Below, piece after piece: positions 27,087 to 39,625 of a DNA stretch of 64,000 nt (position 1 is its first letter; the number at the start of each line of letters is the position of its first letter). Origin of the DNA: Proteromonas lacertae (Eukaryota); the NCBI GenBank assembly GCA_002245135.1, contig NGBS01001192.1, forward strand, positions 1-64,000, given 5' to 3'. The notes below the pieces were generated by a model, which saw only the letters and a list, made by a program, of their open reading frames with translations, was not told the DNA's origin and searched no databases. The position numbers and the translations under genes were made by a program.

Positions 27087-29229
27087 TTAAATAGATGAGG
27101 TTGGTGAGATAAATTCCAAATCATTACAAGTCCTTGGATTGAAATATCTCATTTCACCTTTCGAGTCTAATTGATGAAAGGCTTGTCGAACTAATGGATT
27201 ATTCTCTTTGCTTAATATTCTTCCCATTAAATCAATTTCTTCTCTGTCTGATAAAGTATTTCTATTAAATTTCTGAGATTCAAATATTTTGCATAATTCT
27301 TGTTCACCTATATCATAATGAGCTTTAACAATTATATTTTCATTATTATTATTGTTATTATCTTCAAATGGTAAATTATTATTATTATTATTATATTTTC
27401 TCATCTTTGAAGGACAAATAAACTCAGTTGATGATTGATTATGTAAATTCTGTTGGTTTTGTTGATAAAACACTTCAGATGGCGATAGTGGTTCGCCAAT
27501 GGGTGGAATTTCATTATTAATAATTGCTGATGGTTTGAAATTATCATTTCTTATCATTTTACTCATATAAACATCGTTATTGTGATTAGTTGAAGTAGAA
27601 GTTGTTGTTGTATTTGCTGTTGGAGTCATAATTATTTGAGCAGGTGGAGGTTGTTGTTGTTGTTCTGTTATAATGAGTGGTGCAAATACTGGTCTTTGTT
27701 GTTGTTGCTGCTGTTGATAATAACATGATTCTTCATCTTCATATATTCTAGATGATGATGATGATGATGATGATAAATAAGTGTATTTATTCTCAAATGT
27801 ATCATTATTAAAATTATAATTAAATATATTGTCATCGTCAGGTGGTAATGGTTCAGTTGAATCACCAAACATTAAATCAGAACAACAATTATGTGTTTCT
27901 TTATTCAAATTATTATTATTATTACTGCAATGGTTTATATTTATGTAACGAACATTTGGAGATATGTTTGGTGATGAATAGATTGATGTATTAGGAGTAT
28001 TAATTGTATTAATTGTATTAGCTATATTATTATATGAATAATCAAATCTATTAAGGATGGTAATATCATCATTATTAGTGTATAATGGTAATGTTGGTTG
28101 GTGATAGGAATAACCCTCTTCTAATTGAATTAACTGTTGTTGTTGTTGTTGTGGAGGTGGCTGCATGGACTGCTGCTGTTGAGATATAGTTAAATGTGAA
28201 AGTAGTGAAGGATGATATGGATGAGTCATATTATTGTTACAATTATTCATTTCTAATTTTTGTTGAGTTGCTAATTTCTCTATTTGCTGTTGATGGATGT
28301 TTTTTAATTCTTCTTGATATTCTTCTTTCATTTGTATTATATTATTGGCTTTTGGTTTTTTGATTATTATTCTTTCGTCATCACTTTCTTTTTCTTCATC
28401 TATTTCTTCTTTTTTTTCTTTATCATTTTCATTATGATTTTCTTCAATTTCATTGTATTTGTTTGCAATTGTTACACCATCACTATTACAGTTCTTTCTT
28501 TTTCGTTTTGTATCAATTTTGTTTATATTATTATGTAAAATTTCAACTTTTGTTTTTCGTTTTTTTGCTTTATTGACTGGTGGAGTTTTACTTTTTTCTA
28601 AAGGAGAAGATGAAGATAATGATATGTTAAAATTATTATTTTCTTCTTCAATTGATCTTTTAGCGCTTGTTAACTTGAATAATGGTGATTGTATGCTTTC
28701 TATACATTCATACAGTGATGCAAAAGAAGGTTTTTGCATGAATAGATAAACATAAAATGAAGTATTTTGATTATGATGGTACAAACTGGCAGCATATCTC
28801 CATGGATTTAAAGCTGAATTTAATATGAAGTAAGTAATACCATTTTCTCCTTCCTATTATATAAAATAGAGATTTTCAGTTATACAATATTATCTCCTGG
28901 ATAAAAGGGTGAACTAACTGTATCTTTATATTTTAAGGTTTTTATATCTAATATATCTCCAACATTTAGTATATCTGTTTTAGGTCCTTCAATAACACTA
29001 AATCGACCAACGACTAAATATTTCGAGGATTCCGAATAAGGAATAGTCGTATTTACCTTTACAGTTTGACCACAAAAACCGCCTTCCTATTAAAAACATG
29101 ACGATTGAAAAATACGTTGTGAATTCCGTTTAAATGATCAGGAAAGCATCTAATTCTCTTTTCATATTTGCTCCTATGTGTTCTACGGTATTCCTTTCTC
29201 CATACTATGTGCGAATCGAAAGAAATCAT
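27087..29229 (-). CDS. Uncharacterised CFPxH...GFCG family, copy 2 (long polyQ/polyN linker)
   Basis: MISFDSHIVWRKEYRRTHRSKYEKRIRCFPDHLNGIHN|EGGFCG...SSPFY...PWRYA...SPLFKLTSAKR; C-terminal ELCK...REEIDLMGR...QLDSKGE. Confidence 0.8.
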
Positions 29230-29423
29230 ATTTCTTAAATCACAATATTTTATGTAACGGTAATATTTTTAGTTATTGTGTAATTGTGCTTCGAATAAAT
29301 AAATATACTTAATTTATATAGCACCTAAAAATAGAACAATTTAGTAGTAAAATAACGACAAAACTCATAACAACAATCATTATTTACACAAAGACATTAA
29401 ACAGTACAAAACGATATATACGA

Positions 29424-30680
29424 TTATTTTTTATCACTAAAACTTACGTCTTTTGGATAAGGATTTACACGACACATGTTTCCTTTTGAATCAATTTGGT
29501 AAATGGGAGGAGTCTCAAATAAGAACTTTGAACCAGTAACAGTCCTTCCATATTGATCAAATTCATGTCTTTTTTTAACTTTAGATTTCATTTTGAAAAA
29601 ACGACATAAATCTACTTCTTTATTCTTATCTTGTTGATTCTTCATTCTTAAATAGGTATATGTCTCGTCTTCTAGATCTTCAGGTTTTAATTTTAACAAT
29701 TTACGTTTATGTTTCGGTAATTCATCTGGTGAAATTGGCTCAAATCCTTCCCTTTTAAATTTATCAAGTTTTATATCAGTAGAAATATTTAAATGATGAA
29801 TTTTATTCTTTCTTTTTAATGGTTGATTTATATTATTATTATTCTCTAAAGTTGGTGTTGATTGTAAAGGATTAAATGATTGTGGCTGTGAAAGAGGTTG
29901 TAATATTTGAAGTGGTGATGAATTATTACTTTCTATATTTAAAGGATTATTGTGATTCAATTTATTTATTTCTTCTTCTTTTACAGTTTTTACTATTTCT
30001 TGTGTTTCATGTTGTTTAGTTTCCATAATTTGTTTTGAACTAGTGATTAAATCTTCATCTGATTTTATCTCATTTTCAGTTACATCTAAACATCTTTTCA
30101 CTTTTAATGATGTTGATAGGAAGAATGGTGGAGTGTTGATTATTTCTTGACATTTATACATATTTGCCTTTTCTACGTCATCAATTCTTTTGAACAAATA
30201 AATATACAGAGTATTTAACTGATGACGATTATAAATTGAAGCAGAATATCTCCAAGGAGTTAAATTAGAATTTACAACGTAATTAATGTACATACCATCA
30301 ATCTATTCACAAAGAAATGATTACTATGCTAGATTTTATACTTTTGGTGTTGAAGTGTAAAAGGGTGATTCTACATTTTCTTTATATTTAAATAATTTTG
30401 AATTCAGTTGATCACCTGCTTTAATAGGTGATTTTTCGTCATTTGGGAATTTACCGAACCTTGCAACAACAATATAGTCATTCTCATCTTCTGGATGCAA
30501 TTTTGAATTAATTGTAATAGGCTGACCACAAAAACCAGATTCCTAGAATAGAAGAATTCTTTATACTTGATGCCCTATCTCGGAATGAGTAGGAAAACAT
30601 CTAATACGTTTTTGATATTTGCTACGATGATTTCTTTTGTATTCGCCTTTCCATGCGATGCTTTTATCAACAGAAATCAT
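29424..30680 (-). CDS. Uncharacterised CFPxH...GFCG family, copy 3
   Basis: MISVDKSIAWKGEYKRNHRSKYQKRIRCFPTHSEIGHQ|ESGFCG...ESPFY...PWRYS; C-terminal DLCR...RHEFDQYGR...QIDSKGN. Confidence 0.8.
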
Positions 30681-30796
30681 TTAAGAAATACAAATGTCGA
30701 TTCAAATCTATTTTGAAAAACAATCTTTTATTTTTTAAAGATATTTAAAACACTTTTTAAATAAATAAATTATAGTTTATGTAATATACAACCTAA

Positions 30797-32305
30797 TTAA
30801 TACTTTAGCATTCCTTTATTTTTATAAGGAAAGAGTTTCTTTTCAAGATCGGGTTTTCTTATTTGTCTAGGCTTCATTCCACTTCTCTCAGGATCCCAAT
30901 CAATGGTTGTCCTGTCCATGTCTCCAGAACCGTTTCGAGTACTCATTGAATACACACGAGGACCGAGTAATTTCGTCAATTTCAAATCATTTGCATGTTT
31001 TATAATTTTCATTTTCTTTTTATTCGTTTTCACTGCATTGATAGGATGTTCAGATGAGTGTACTTCAGTCTCACACTATTAAAAAAACATTAAATTAATT
31101 AAATGTAATATACTCTAATATCGGATTGTGCTAGTTGTTCAACAGGCCAAGCACCAATAACAGTTCCATTTTTATTCTCATGCACTACATTATTCTGCAT
31201 TATTCGTGGTACTGTGTGAGTAATTGAATTCCTTGTATTTTCAGGCACATGTACAGGTGAAACGGCTAGTTTTGACTCTTCATTTTCATAGTAATTATTA
31301 GATCTTAAATTAGGCATACTTTGAGATAATAACCTCTTTGATTTATCATAATGAATTTTATGAATTTCCTGGTCAGAAAGGTATTTATATGACTCATGCG
31401 TATTAGTCCAAGGTTTACTATAACTCCTCAATTTATATTCTTTCTCAAACTCAGCGGTTTGACTCATTTTTACTAAATTGGGATTAGTTCTTACTCTAGG
31501 ACATTCGTAAGTAACAGGGACAAAATAAGCAGTATCGTATTTATAATTAATTGTACTATGCGGCCTAATGCTTCTAGTCATATTCCAAGTGTCATACACA
31601 GCTGTTGAATTGAAAGTTGAATTTAATGTACTATCAAGAAATGTACTACTACCTCCTCCATCAGTAGAGAATGTGAATATTTCTGGATTTGTTGTACTTC
31701 GCATTGGATTAATTGGAGTTGAAATTGGAACTAAAGATTTTCTAGTCAATGATTTCGATAATGATTTTCTTTTGGCAATCAATGATTGTCTTGGTGCACT
31801 GGGAGTGTCATGATTTAAATTATCTTTATTGATTTTTGTGTCTTTTATGGAGATTTTAAAATTTCCATTTTCTTTTGAACTGTGTAGGAAAGGAGATCTT
31901 TGAGCTTGTGGAATAAATTCATCATTTTTTAATTTTGTTACTATTGAAGGAATGTATAACTGTCTACATGTGTAATTACATATTTATATATACTGTGACT
32001 TTTTATTCTTTTCTCCTTCAACATCTTTCTATTTTCAATAATTATAAATCATTAATATACACTAGAAACATAATAATCGGCAGAGGGATTCTTTGTAGTA
32101 GATATTAGATCTTTACTTTGAGATACATGCCTATTTGGAATTATTTCAATATAATAATCATACTGCAACATTAATGTCTTACCTAAACTAGTATACTCAC
32201 CTTTATCTACCATCCTTCCACTACTATCATACTATTTCGATGTATATCTCAATCTATGTATACTCTAGCAGAAGTAACTACATCAGCCGATTCGTCCTTA
32301 TACAT
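30797..32305 (-). CDS. Hypothetical S/T-rich basic protein
   Basis: MYKDESADVVTSAR... chain of short exons joining ORFs 31099-31782 and 30797-31033 through GT-AG introns. Confidence 0.6.
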
Positions 32306-32448
32306 TATTTCAAGATTTTTTATTTCTCAAAACGAACTAAATCGGCTTGAGCTTGAATTTCTTATTTTATCAAAAAAACTAATAACAACAACATAAAAAA
32401 GTGAATTAATTTTAATTATTATATAAAGAAGAAATGAGTTTATCTATT

Positions 32449-33648
32449 TTAAGATTTATCTACAGCTTCATAAAATATGACAAATTTTTTAGACTCATAT
32501 AGCTTATTTTCACCAATATTACACACATTACCTTTTGAATCTATTTGAACTAAATCGGTTGGAGTGCCTGGGATATATTTATTACCAAATGAATCTAATT
32601 CCTCCCTTCTATCACTTGGATCATTAAACGTCTGTGATTGTAATAACCTGCATATTTCAAATTCTTCGTTGTTTTCTGTCTCCTTATACTTTATCACTCC
32701 ATCAGCTTTAATATTCAAAGTTTCAGGTTGAATTGGATTCTTCGAACTACTATGTGAGTTTTGAGGAGATAAAGGCACTGTACACACTTCCAATGGAGTC
32801 TTTTTATTCTCATTTGGTGAAGGATTTTCAAATTCATTAGGAAATAACAGTGAAGGTGGTGGCGGCGTTTGTCTCTTTAATGGTGATACCAATTGGAATG
32901 ATCTATTTTCGTTACTATCATATAAATCTGTAGAAATATTAATTGGTGAAAATTGTTTGGAGTTATTACTAAAATGAGATGTTTTATTATCATTAACTAT
33001 ACCTGGAGCAATAGGTGAAACATCATTACTATTTATACAATAATAAAATGTGAATTAATTATACTGATTTGCTCTTCTTGAGCTGCATAGTTTGAATGAA
33101 GGTGAATTGATAGATTCTATACATTCATATACAGAAGGATTTGTTTCATCTCTCTTGAAAAGATATACAAAAAATGAAATTAATTGATTTTTGTTGTAAA
33201 AGAGTGTGATACTATACCTCCATGCTGTAAGTCGAGCATTTATTAGATAACTGACTGTTTTATTATTATCAAGCTAATCAAATATAACCAATAAGTAAAA
33301 TATACTACAATCTCACCAGGATAGAATGGTGACTCAACAGAGTCTGAATATTTCAACTGCATGAAGTCGTATCTATCACCAACCTTAATAATATCACTTC
33401 GATCCCCGTTAATTACGCTAAATCTTCCTACCACCATATATGGTTCTGCTTTGTCAAAAGGAAAATTTGCTAATATACGAATTGACTGACCACAAAATCC
33501 ATAACTCTAAATGCTACAAGATTACTCATACGATGTGATGGTTAGCTGTATGATCAGGAAAACAGAGTATATGCTTCTGTATTCTACTTCTGTTGTTTCT
33601 TCTGTAAGAATCTTTCCATTGGATCTCTGGATCAAAAGAAATCATCAT
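32449..33648 (-). CDS. Uncharacterised CFPxH...GFCG family, copy 4
   Basis: MMISFDPEIQWKDSYRRNNRSRIQKHILCFPDHTANHHI|SYGFCG...ESPFY...AWRYS...SPSFKLCSSRR; C-terminal EICR...REELDSFGN...QIDSKGN. Confidence 0.8.
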
Positions 33649-34005
33649 TTTTAATATATTGGTTATTTTCTCAAACCATTTGTTTTTGTTTTTTTCTTCA
33701 AATTTAGAAATATAAAATTTTAAGGTTTTATTTTTTTTAATGAGATTTAGAATGCTTTTACTTACATTTTTATAAAAAGTAATTTACTCAAAACCAAATA
33801 ATACCAGTATAATTGTATTTGTGATTATTATTGTATACATATACAATTTAATGTGTTTTGATATATTATAATTCCAATATCTTATTAATTATTTTACAGA
33901 AAAGATAATGGTTAATGAAAACAATTTTCATTAAAATTTGATTTTGCCCCAATTCTATTTGAACTTTCTAGAACTCTTCATTTTTCGATAATTAGTTAAA
34001 ATAAG

Positions 34006-34406
34006 ATGGTATAAATGCATTTTTGATGATATTTTTGTATAGAGTGGTGCAATTAAGAAATTTATTCCATTCGCAAACAACATTTTGATTAAGAAAGTCA
34101 CTTTAGCTCAAAAAGTATTTATAATATTGCATTTATTATAACGTATATAGACAGCTGGTGGTATTCTTCTTCCAAAAGCAGAAAAGAGTTTAAATGAAGC
34201 TGAAGTATTAATATTTGTTTTTATTTATATTATTATAGGTTATTAGAGTTGGACCAGGAAAGTTTGTAAAAGGAAAAATTGAGCCAGTTCCAGTCAAACC
34301 AGGTGATCATGTTTATGTAAGCACATATGGAGGTAATGAAGTGAAAATTGATAATGTTGAATATAATATTATTACAGAGAATGATATACTTGGTAAGCTC
34401 GCATAA
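34006..34406 (+). CDS. HSP10: Chaperonin 10 (missed by the ORF track because of three introns)
   Basis: M|SGAIKKFIPFANNILIKKVTLAQK|TAGGILLPKAEKSLNEAE|VIRVGPG...VKPGDHV...YGGNEVKID...ENDILGKLA*. Confidence 0.93.
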
Positions 34407-34556
34407 GTAATACTGTTGTTTTAGTTTTTTTTCTTAATTTCTGATTTGTTTTATGAATTTAATATTATATTATGTAAATGTAAATAATAATAATAAATAA
34501 TAATACCAACACAAATACAACATAAAAATGCTAATATATTTCAAACAATAAGTAAT

Positions 34557-35842
34557 CTATATAATATCCAACAAAAATTTGTTCATAGCATTTGCTAAAT
34601 CTTTTCTCTTAATATTAGTAGCTTTTTGAATATAAATATTGTTATTATCACCATTATATTTCTCTAATTGTAAAGGATGTATTAATACTCTTATAATCCT
34701 ATCTTCCAAGGTAGGATCAATACAGAATAATCCAATTTCTCTATAAGCAGCATTATCTTTAATAGTCACTGACATTATTATTACCATTTTTAAAAATTCA
34801 TTAGGTCTTTGTTTTATTAAATTATACATTTCTTTCACATTTTCATTGTTTTTGATAATGCAATGAACTGGATAAAATGTACCACAAATAAGATATTTAA
34901 AATCTTTAATAAGATAATCTTCCATATCATAATTCAATATTTCTCTAATTGTTAATTTTCCCCAAAAATTTTCGCTGAATCTGTTTTTCACCATCACTTT
35001 ATAAACTTCGTTTGGATTGAAATCTAATTTATTTTCTGCTTCAACTAATAATTTCACCATCTTTTATCTAACCTTGTTACTTCATTGCTTTTCATATTTT
35101 GTGTTTCTAGTAAAATTCCTCCTAACATTAATGTAGAGAGTGGTGGTTTTAATAACGAAGCTAATTAATAAAATAAAATAAAAAACATTTATAAAAAAAT
35201 ATACGTTTTTGTTTAAATATATATTCAGTAACTAATGTTGAGCAACTTCCTACTGCTGATTTACCTTCTTCATAATTGAATAATATTGTACGATATTCGC
35301 CTTGTAAGTGTAAGAAATTGTGCTGATCCCTGTGTCTGTCAATAATACAAACAACAGATGAATTATAACTATGAAAAAAATAATGATTAAAAATGTAAAA
35401 ATTATACTTTTTTAATGTGGGAATTGGACTGTTATGATTTATCATATAAATGTTTAATAATTCTATTTATGTATATAATGCAAAATGACGATATACTCTT
35501 ACCAAACAATTCAGCCCAAGGAACTTCATTTAGAAACACAGGGTTGTAACTAGATAATTTACAATATTCTAATAAAGCGTGTAACTCCGGTTTTAATTTA
35601 TAATATTCAGGTAAACAAGAAATGATTGGCATATAGGTCCCTTTCCAGTCATCAGTATAATACAAATAAGACAATCCAATAGATGAAATAATACTATCAA
35701 TATCAGCACTCTATTAGCATTATAACACATCATTGAGTTATACTGGGTTTCCAATCATCGCATTAAGTGGATAACAAGAAGATGCAACATTGGTAAGTCT
35801 CCTTTGACAAGTTTCTAAAAATTCTGATAGACTCAAAACCAT
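34557..35842 (-). CDS. PRUNE: Prune/PPX1-like DHH-family protein with degenerate motifs
   Basis: IGNP|SADIDSIISSI, MINHN, IIDRHRD, VGSCSTLV, GILLETQNM. Confidence 0.75.
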
Positions 35843-35952
35843 TCTTCAAAACAAAAAAGAAAATATCTATGAAACTGCTATATTTTTTATAAAGAATGGA
35901 ACATCAAAAAACATATTTCACAAAGTTAAATAATATATTTCAATTAATATAT

Positions 35953-37171
35953 TTACCAAATGATTAAATAGATGAAGACGGCGTAAAGAAGAGGAATATA
36001 TAGACTGATTATCACATAAAACAACATTAGAAAGTTCAACTGTCCATTTGGATGGAAAACATAATCTAATTCTGGAACAAAAGCTGTCCACGTAAATTAT
36101 TAAGGAATAAAAGTATTGGAAAAGAATAAAAAACGATATATTGATGTGCATCCACTTAGTTCACCAATTATACTGTTAATAAGAATTGTATCTGGAGCAT
36201 AACCACTAACTAAACTAGAATTCAAAGTTGTTGCAAGAACTACACCCATATAGTAAATTCTTGAGGATTAAAGAAAAATTAATTTACAAATATATAAAAG
36301 ATATATTACACAATAGTGTAGCATATGGAAATTTTCCTGGTTTATTCAAATGAGTTGCTAAAGTGTATCTAAGAGCTACAGCAGGATAACTCCACAGATA
36401 ATAATAAAATAATGGATCTACTGTTATAGCCACCACTAAAATAGTAACAAAAGGAGCAATGCATCCAGCTAGAATAAATGCGAAATAAATATGAAAGATT
36501 GTGTTATAGGATGTTAAATCAAAAGTGTCTGGATTAGGAAGTGGCTTATTTTCTCCTGTAGTAGGATCTTGATTATCAACATTCTTATATTGTTGTAGAT
36601 TGAGGAAATAGTGTGAAGATTTATAGAAAAACTATTTGTTTATATATATACACATGCATTTATTTAATGTTTTTATTATATATTCATACTTTATACATAA
36701 CATAAGAAGCAAAAGGACCAAGAGGAAGAATACAAATTGAAGTTAAATATCGATTCTATTAGATATTTGTGAGAGAGATAGAAATTAACATTTTAATTAT
36801 ACAGAAAGAATCATTTCTTGACCAAGCGCATTTATCCAAGTACTGAATGAGGTAGTTGTACCAGCCATACCTACACTAGTACCAGTGAAGAAGTTATCTG
36901 CTATCTTATAATTTAACATTTTTTCTCTTAAAGCTTCAGAAACTCCAAGAATTACACTATTAACAGTGAAAAACATTTCGATCATACCAACCAAACATAT
37001 TAGCAATAAAATATTCTGTTAATGTGTTAAGACCACTATCTACAGCTAGAAACAGATTTATAGATTGTAAACGAATTAACACTCCTAAAGGAGCAAACCC
37101 TACTGCACTGAAATGTGAGATAAAAAATAGTACGAAAAAAAGTTATAACCGTATTGCTGGTAATCTACCAT
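35953..37171 (-). CDS. FEX: FEX/CrcB fluoride export channel (two Fluc domains), copy 1
   Basis: APLGVLIRL...FIANMFGC...GMAGTTTSFSTW...ALRYTLA...FPYATLLCN|YMG...SGCTS|MWTAFVPE; needs two AT-AC introns. Confidence 0.85.
36092..36139 (-). other. U12-type AT-AC intron (48 nt)
   Basis: Donor ATATCGTTT, branch TTCCTTAAT, acceptor TAC; removal gives an open frame to TAA 35953. Confidence 0.88.
36253..36304 (-). other. U12-type AT-AC intron (52 nt)
   Basis: Donor ATATCTTTT, branch TTCTTTAAT, acceptor TAC; removes an in-frame TAA. Confidence 0.88.
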
Positions 37172-37345
37172 TAGAAGAAGGAAGAATTTTAAAATTGTGA
37201 AACGGTTCTTATTTTGAAACTTAAATACAAGGATATAAGATAGATTTGAAAATTAGAATATTCTATAAATGTAAATATATTTGGTATCTACCAAAAATCA
37301 ACAATATGCGAAGTAAATAAAAATGATGAATGAAATAGAGAATAA

Positions 37346-38305
37346 TTATAAAATTTTTATTTTACAATTAATTATTAAGTTGTTGTAATACTCTTTATCT
37401 TCATCTAATGAAGAATATTCTAATGCTTTGTTCAAATATGGAAGTGCTTCTTTGTAATTATTCTATTTAATAATAAATAATCTAATGTTTATACCATTTT
37501 ATAATAACATTCACCATTATCATTACCCATTCTCTTCTCTTCATTTGATAAACAATACTCCAATGCTGTTTTATAATATGGAACAGCTTCTAAATACTGA
37601 TTCTATATAACATTATTCTCCTATTTTTATACCATTTTAACATAATATTCACCAAGATTTTCATTATAAACTCTCATATTCTCTTTTGATGAACAACATT
37701 CTAATGCATTCTTAAAATATGGAATGGCTTTTTCATAACTTTCCTATTTATACTAAAGTATTATATTTATACACTTTCAAGGTAATTGTTTGCTAAATTC
37801 TTATTATATTCTTCATTCTTTTTATTATCTTTATTAACAACACATTCATTTTCTTGTTTTACTATTTCTATTGCTGTTGTTGTTTTTCTCCAGATTCACA
37901 TTCTAATGGAATGTATTTTACATTTTCGACATTCTTCATTGTTTCTAACATGTTTAAACCAACAAATGGATATTTTCCACTTTCAATATAGTAAAATATT
38001 AATCCAAAATTCCAAATATCACTTGAAATGTCCAAATCTTTTCCTAATAATTCATCTTACAAATGGACCACTCTCTTCAAAATGTTTCACTGGGTTTATT
38101 TTGTCTAAGTGAGTTTTATATTCTCTCATCACTCGATACAATGCATTCTCGTCATTTTCAATTATTTTATACTTTATCAAACCTTCAATATTCAAACTGT
38201 TAATTCTATTCATCATCGATACTACTTCATCAACTATATCTGCATCTAACTAACTTACATTCAATACTTTCAACAGTCTCTTTGTCTTATTCGATGCATC
38301 TCGAA
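37346..38305 (-). pseudogene. Truncated kinase-TPR paralog of 58944-60758
   Basis: Matches DEVV...GLIKYKIIE...FEESGPF, then jumps to LDISSDIWNFGLI (catalytic loop region missing); in-frame TAG; no first exon; TPR exons remain. Confidence 0.75.
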
Positions 38306-38330
38306 TTTTACACCAAAAATAATTAAAAAA

Positions 38331-39518
38331 TTACCAAATTATTAAATATATAAAAATCCCATATAAAAATGGTACATACATATTGAAAAAGATAAATAGT
38401 ATAGTATAAGGATTAATCTGTCCATTTTTATGATAAACTAAATCAAAGACACCAATAAAATGAGTTATTATATAAAACATTAAGGAAAGGTATAATACAA
38501 AGAATAAAAAACGATATGAAGCTAAAGATCCACTTAAAACACCAATAATGCTGTTAATAATATTATTATTTGGAGCATAACCATGTATTCTACACGAGTT
38601 TAGAGTTGTAGCTAGAATAACACCAATATAGTAAATGAGAAAAAGGAATAATTAAAGAAATTATTAAAAATAAAAATCATAAAAGATATTGTACAAATTA
38701 AAGCACCATAAGGCAATTTATCTTTTTTATTCAAATGAGAATTAATTGTAAATCTAAGAAAAACACATGGATAACTCCACAAATAATTATAATAAATGGA
38801 ATTGGATTTTAAAGATATTAACAAAACAGCAACAAATGGAGTAATAAAACCAACAATTGGAATGATAAAATATAAGTAAAATAACCAATTGTATTTAGAG
38901 AAATCAATTAATTGTGTAGAACCTGGTGCTGGAATATTTCCTCCACTATTTAGATCATTATTATCTACATTTAAATAAGAACTTTTATTTAATGAAGCTT
39001 TAGTTGCTAAATATTGAAACTAGAATAAAATGAATTTTAATTTTTTTATACTTTATAACAAACATAAGCAGCTCCTGGTCCAAGTGGAAGTGCACATATT
39101 GCAACTAAATATCTATGCTATTAAATATTACTATTATATCCAAATACATTTACTATCATTTCTAAAGCTAATTCATCAATCCAAGTAGAATAAGATGTAG
39201 CTGTTCCTGCTACTCCTACTTGTATTCCTACTAACAGATTGTCAAATATCTTGTAATTCTGAAGTTTCTCTTGCATTGCTAATGCCATACCATATATTAA
39301 ACTAGAATTAATGAATTACTAATTATGTAATTACCATCCTGTTGCATTAATCAAAAAGTATCTAGTAACTTCATTAACATTGAAATCAACAACTGAAATC
39401 AAATTGGCGAGTTGTAATCGAATTAAAACACCAACAGGAGCAAGAGCTAAACATCTGGCATTTCAGTACAAATTTAATACGTAATCAAGTTATAGCCATA
39501 ACGTTGGTAGTCTATCAT
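38331..39518 (-). CDS. FEX: FEX/CrcB fluoride export channel, copy 2
   Basis: Collinear with copy 1 (MIDYQRYGYN..., GVAGTATSYSTW, ...IYLIIW*), same intron positions. Confidence 0.85.
38470..38517 (-). other. U12-type intron, AT-AT (48 nt) or AT-AC (54 nt, ending at 38464)
   Basis: Donor ATATCGTTT, branch TTCCTTAAT; both acceptors keep the frame. Confidence 0.75.
38631..38689 (-). other. U12-type AT-AC intron (59 nt)
   Basis: Donor ATATCTTTT, branch-like TTCTTTAAT, acceptor TAC; restores ALICT|YIGVILA. Confidence 0.85.
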
Positions 39519-39625
39519 GAGAAGAAAAAGGATTTTAAAATTCACAAAACGGATATATTTTTATTATTTTTGTTTTAAGCTAAATCACATTCACATTATA
39601 TAAACATTATTATTTAATTTATTTT

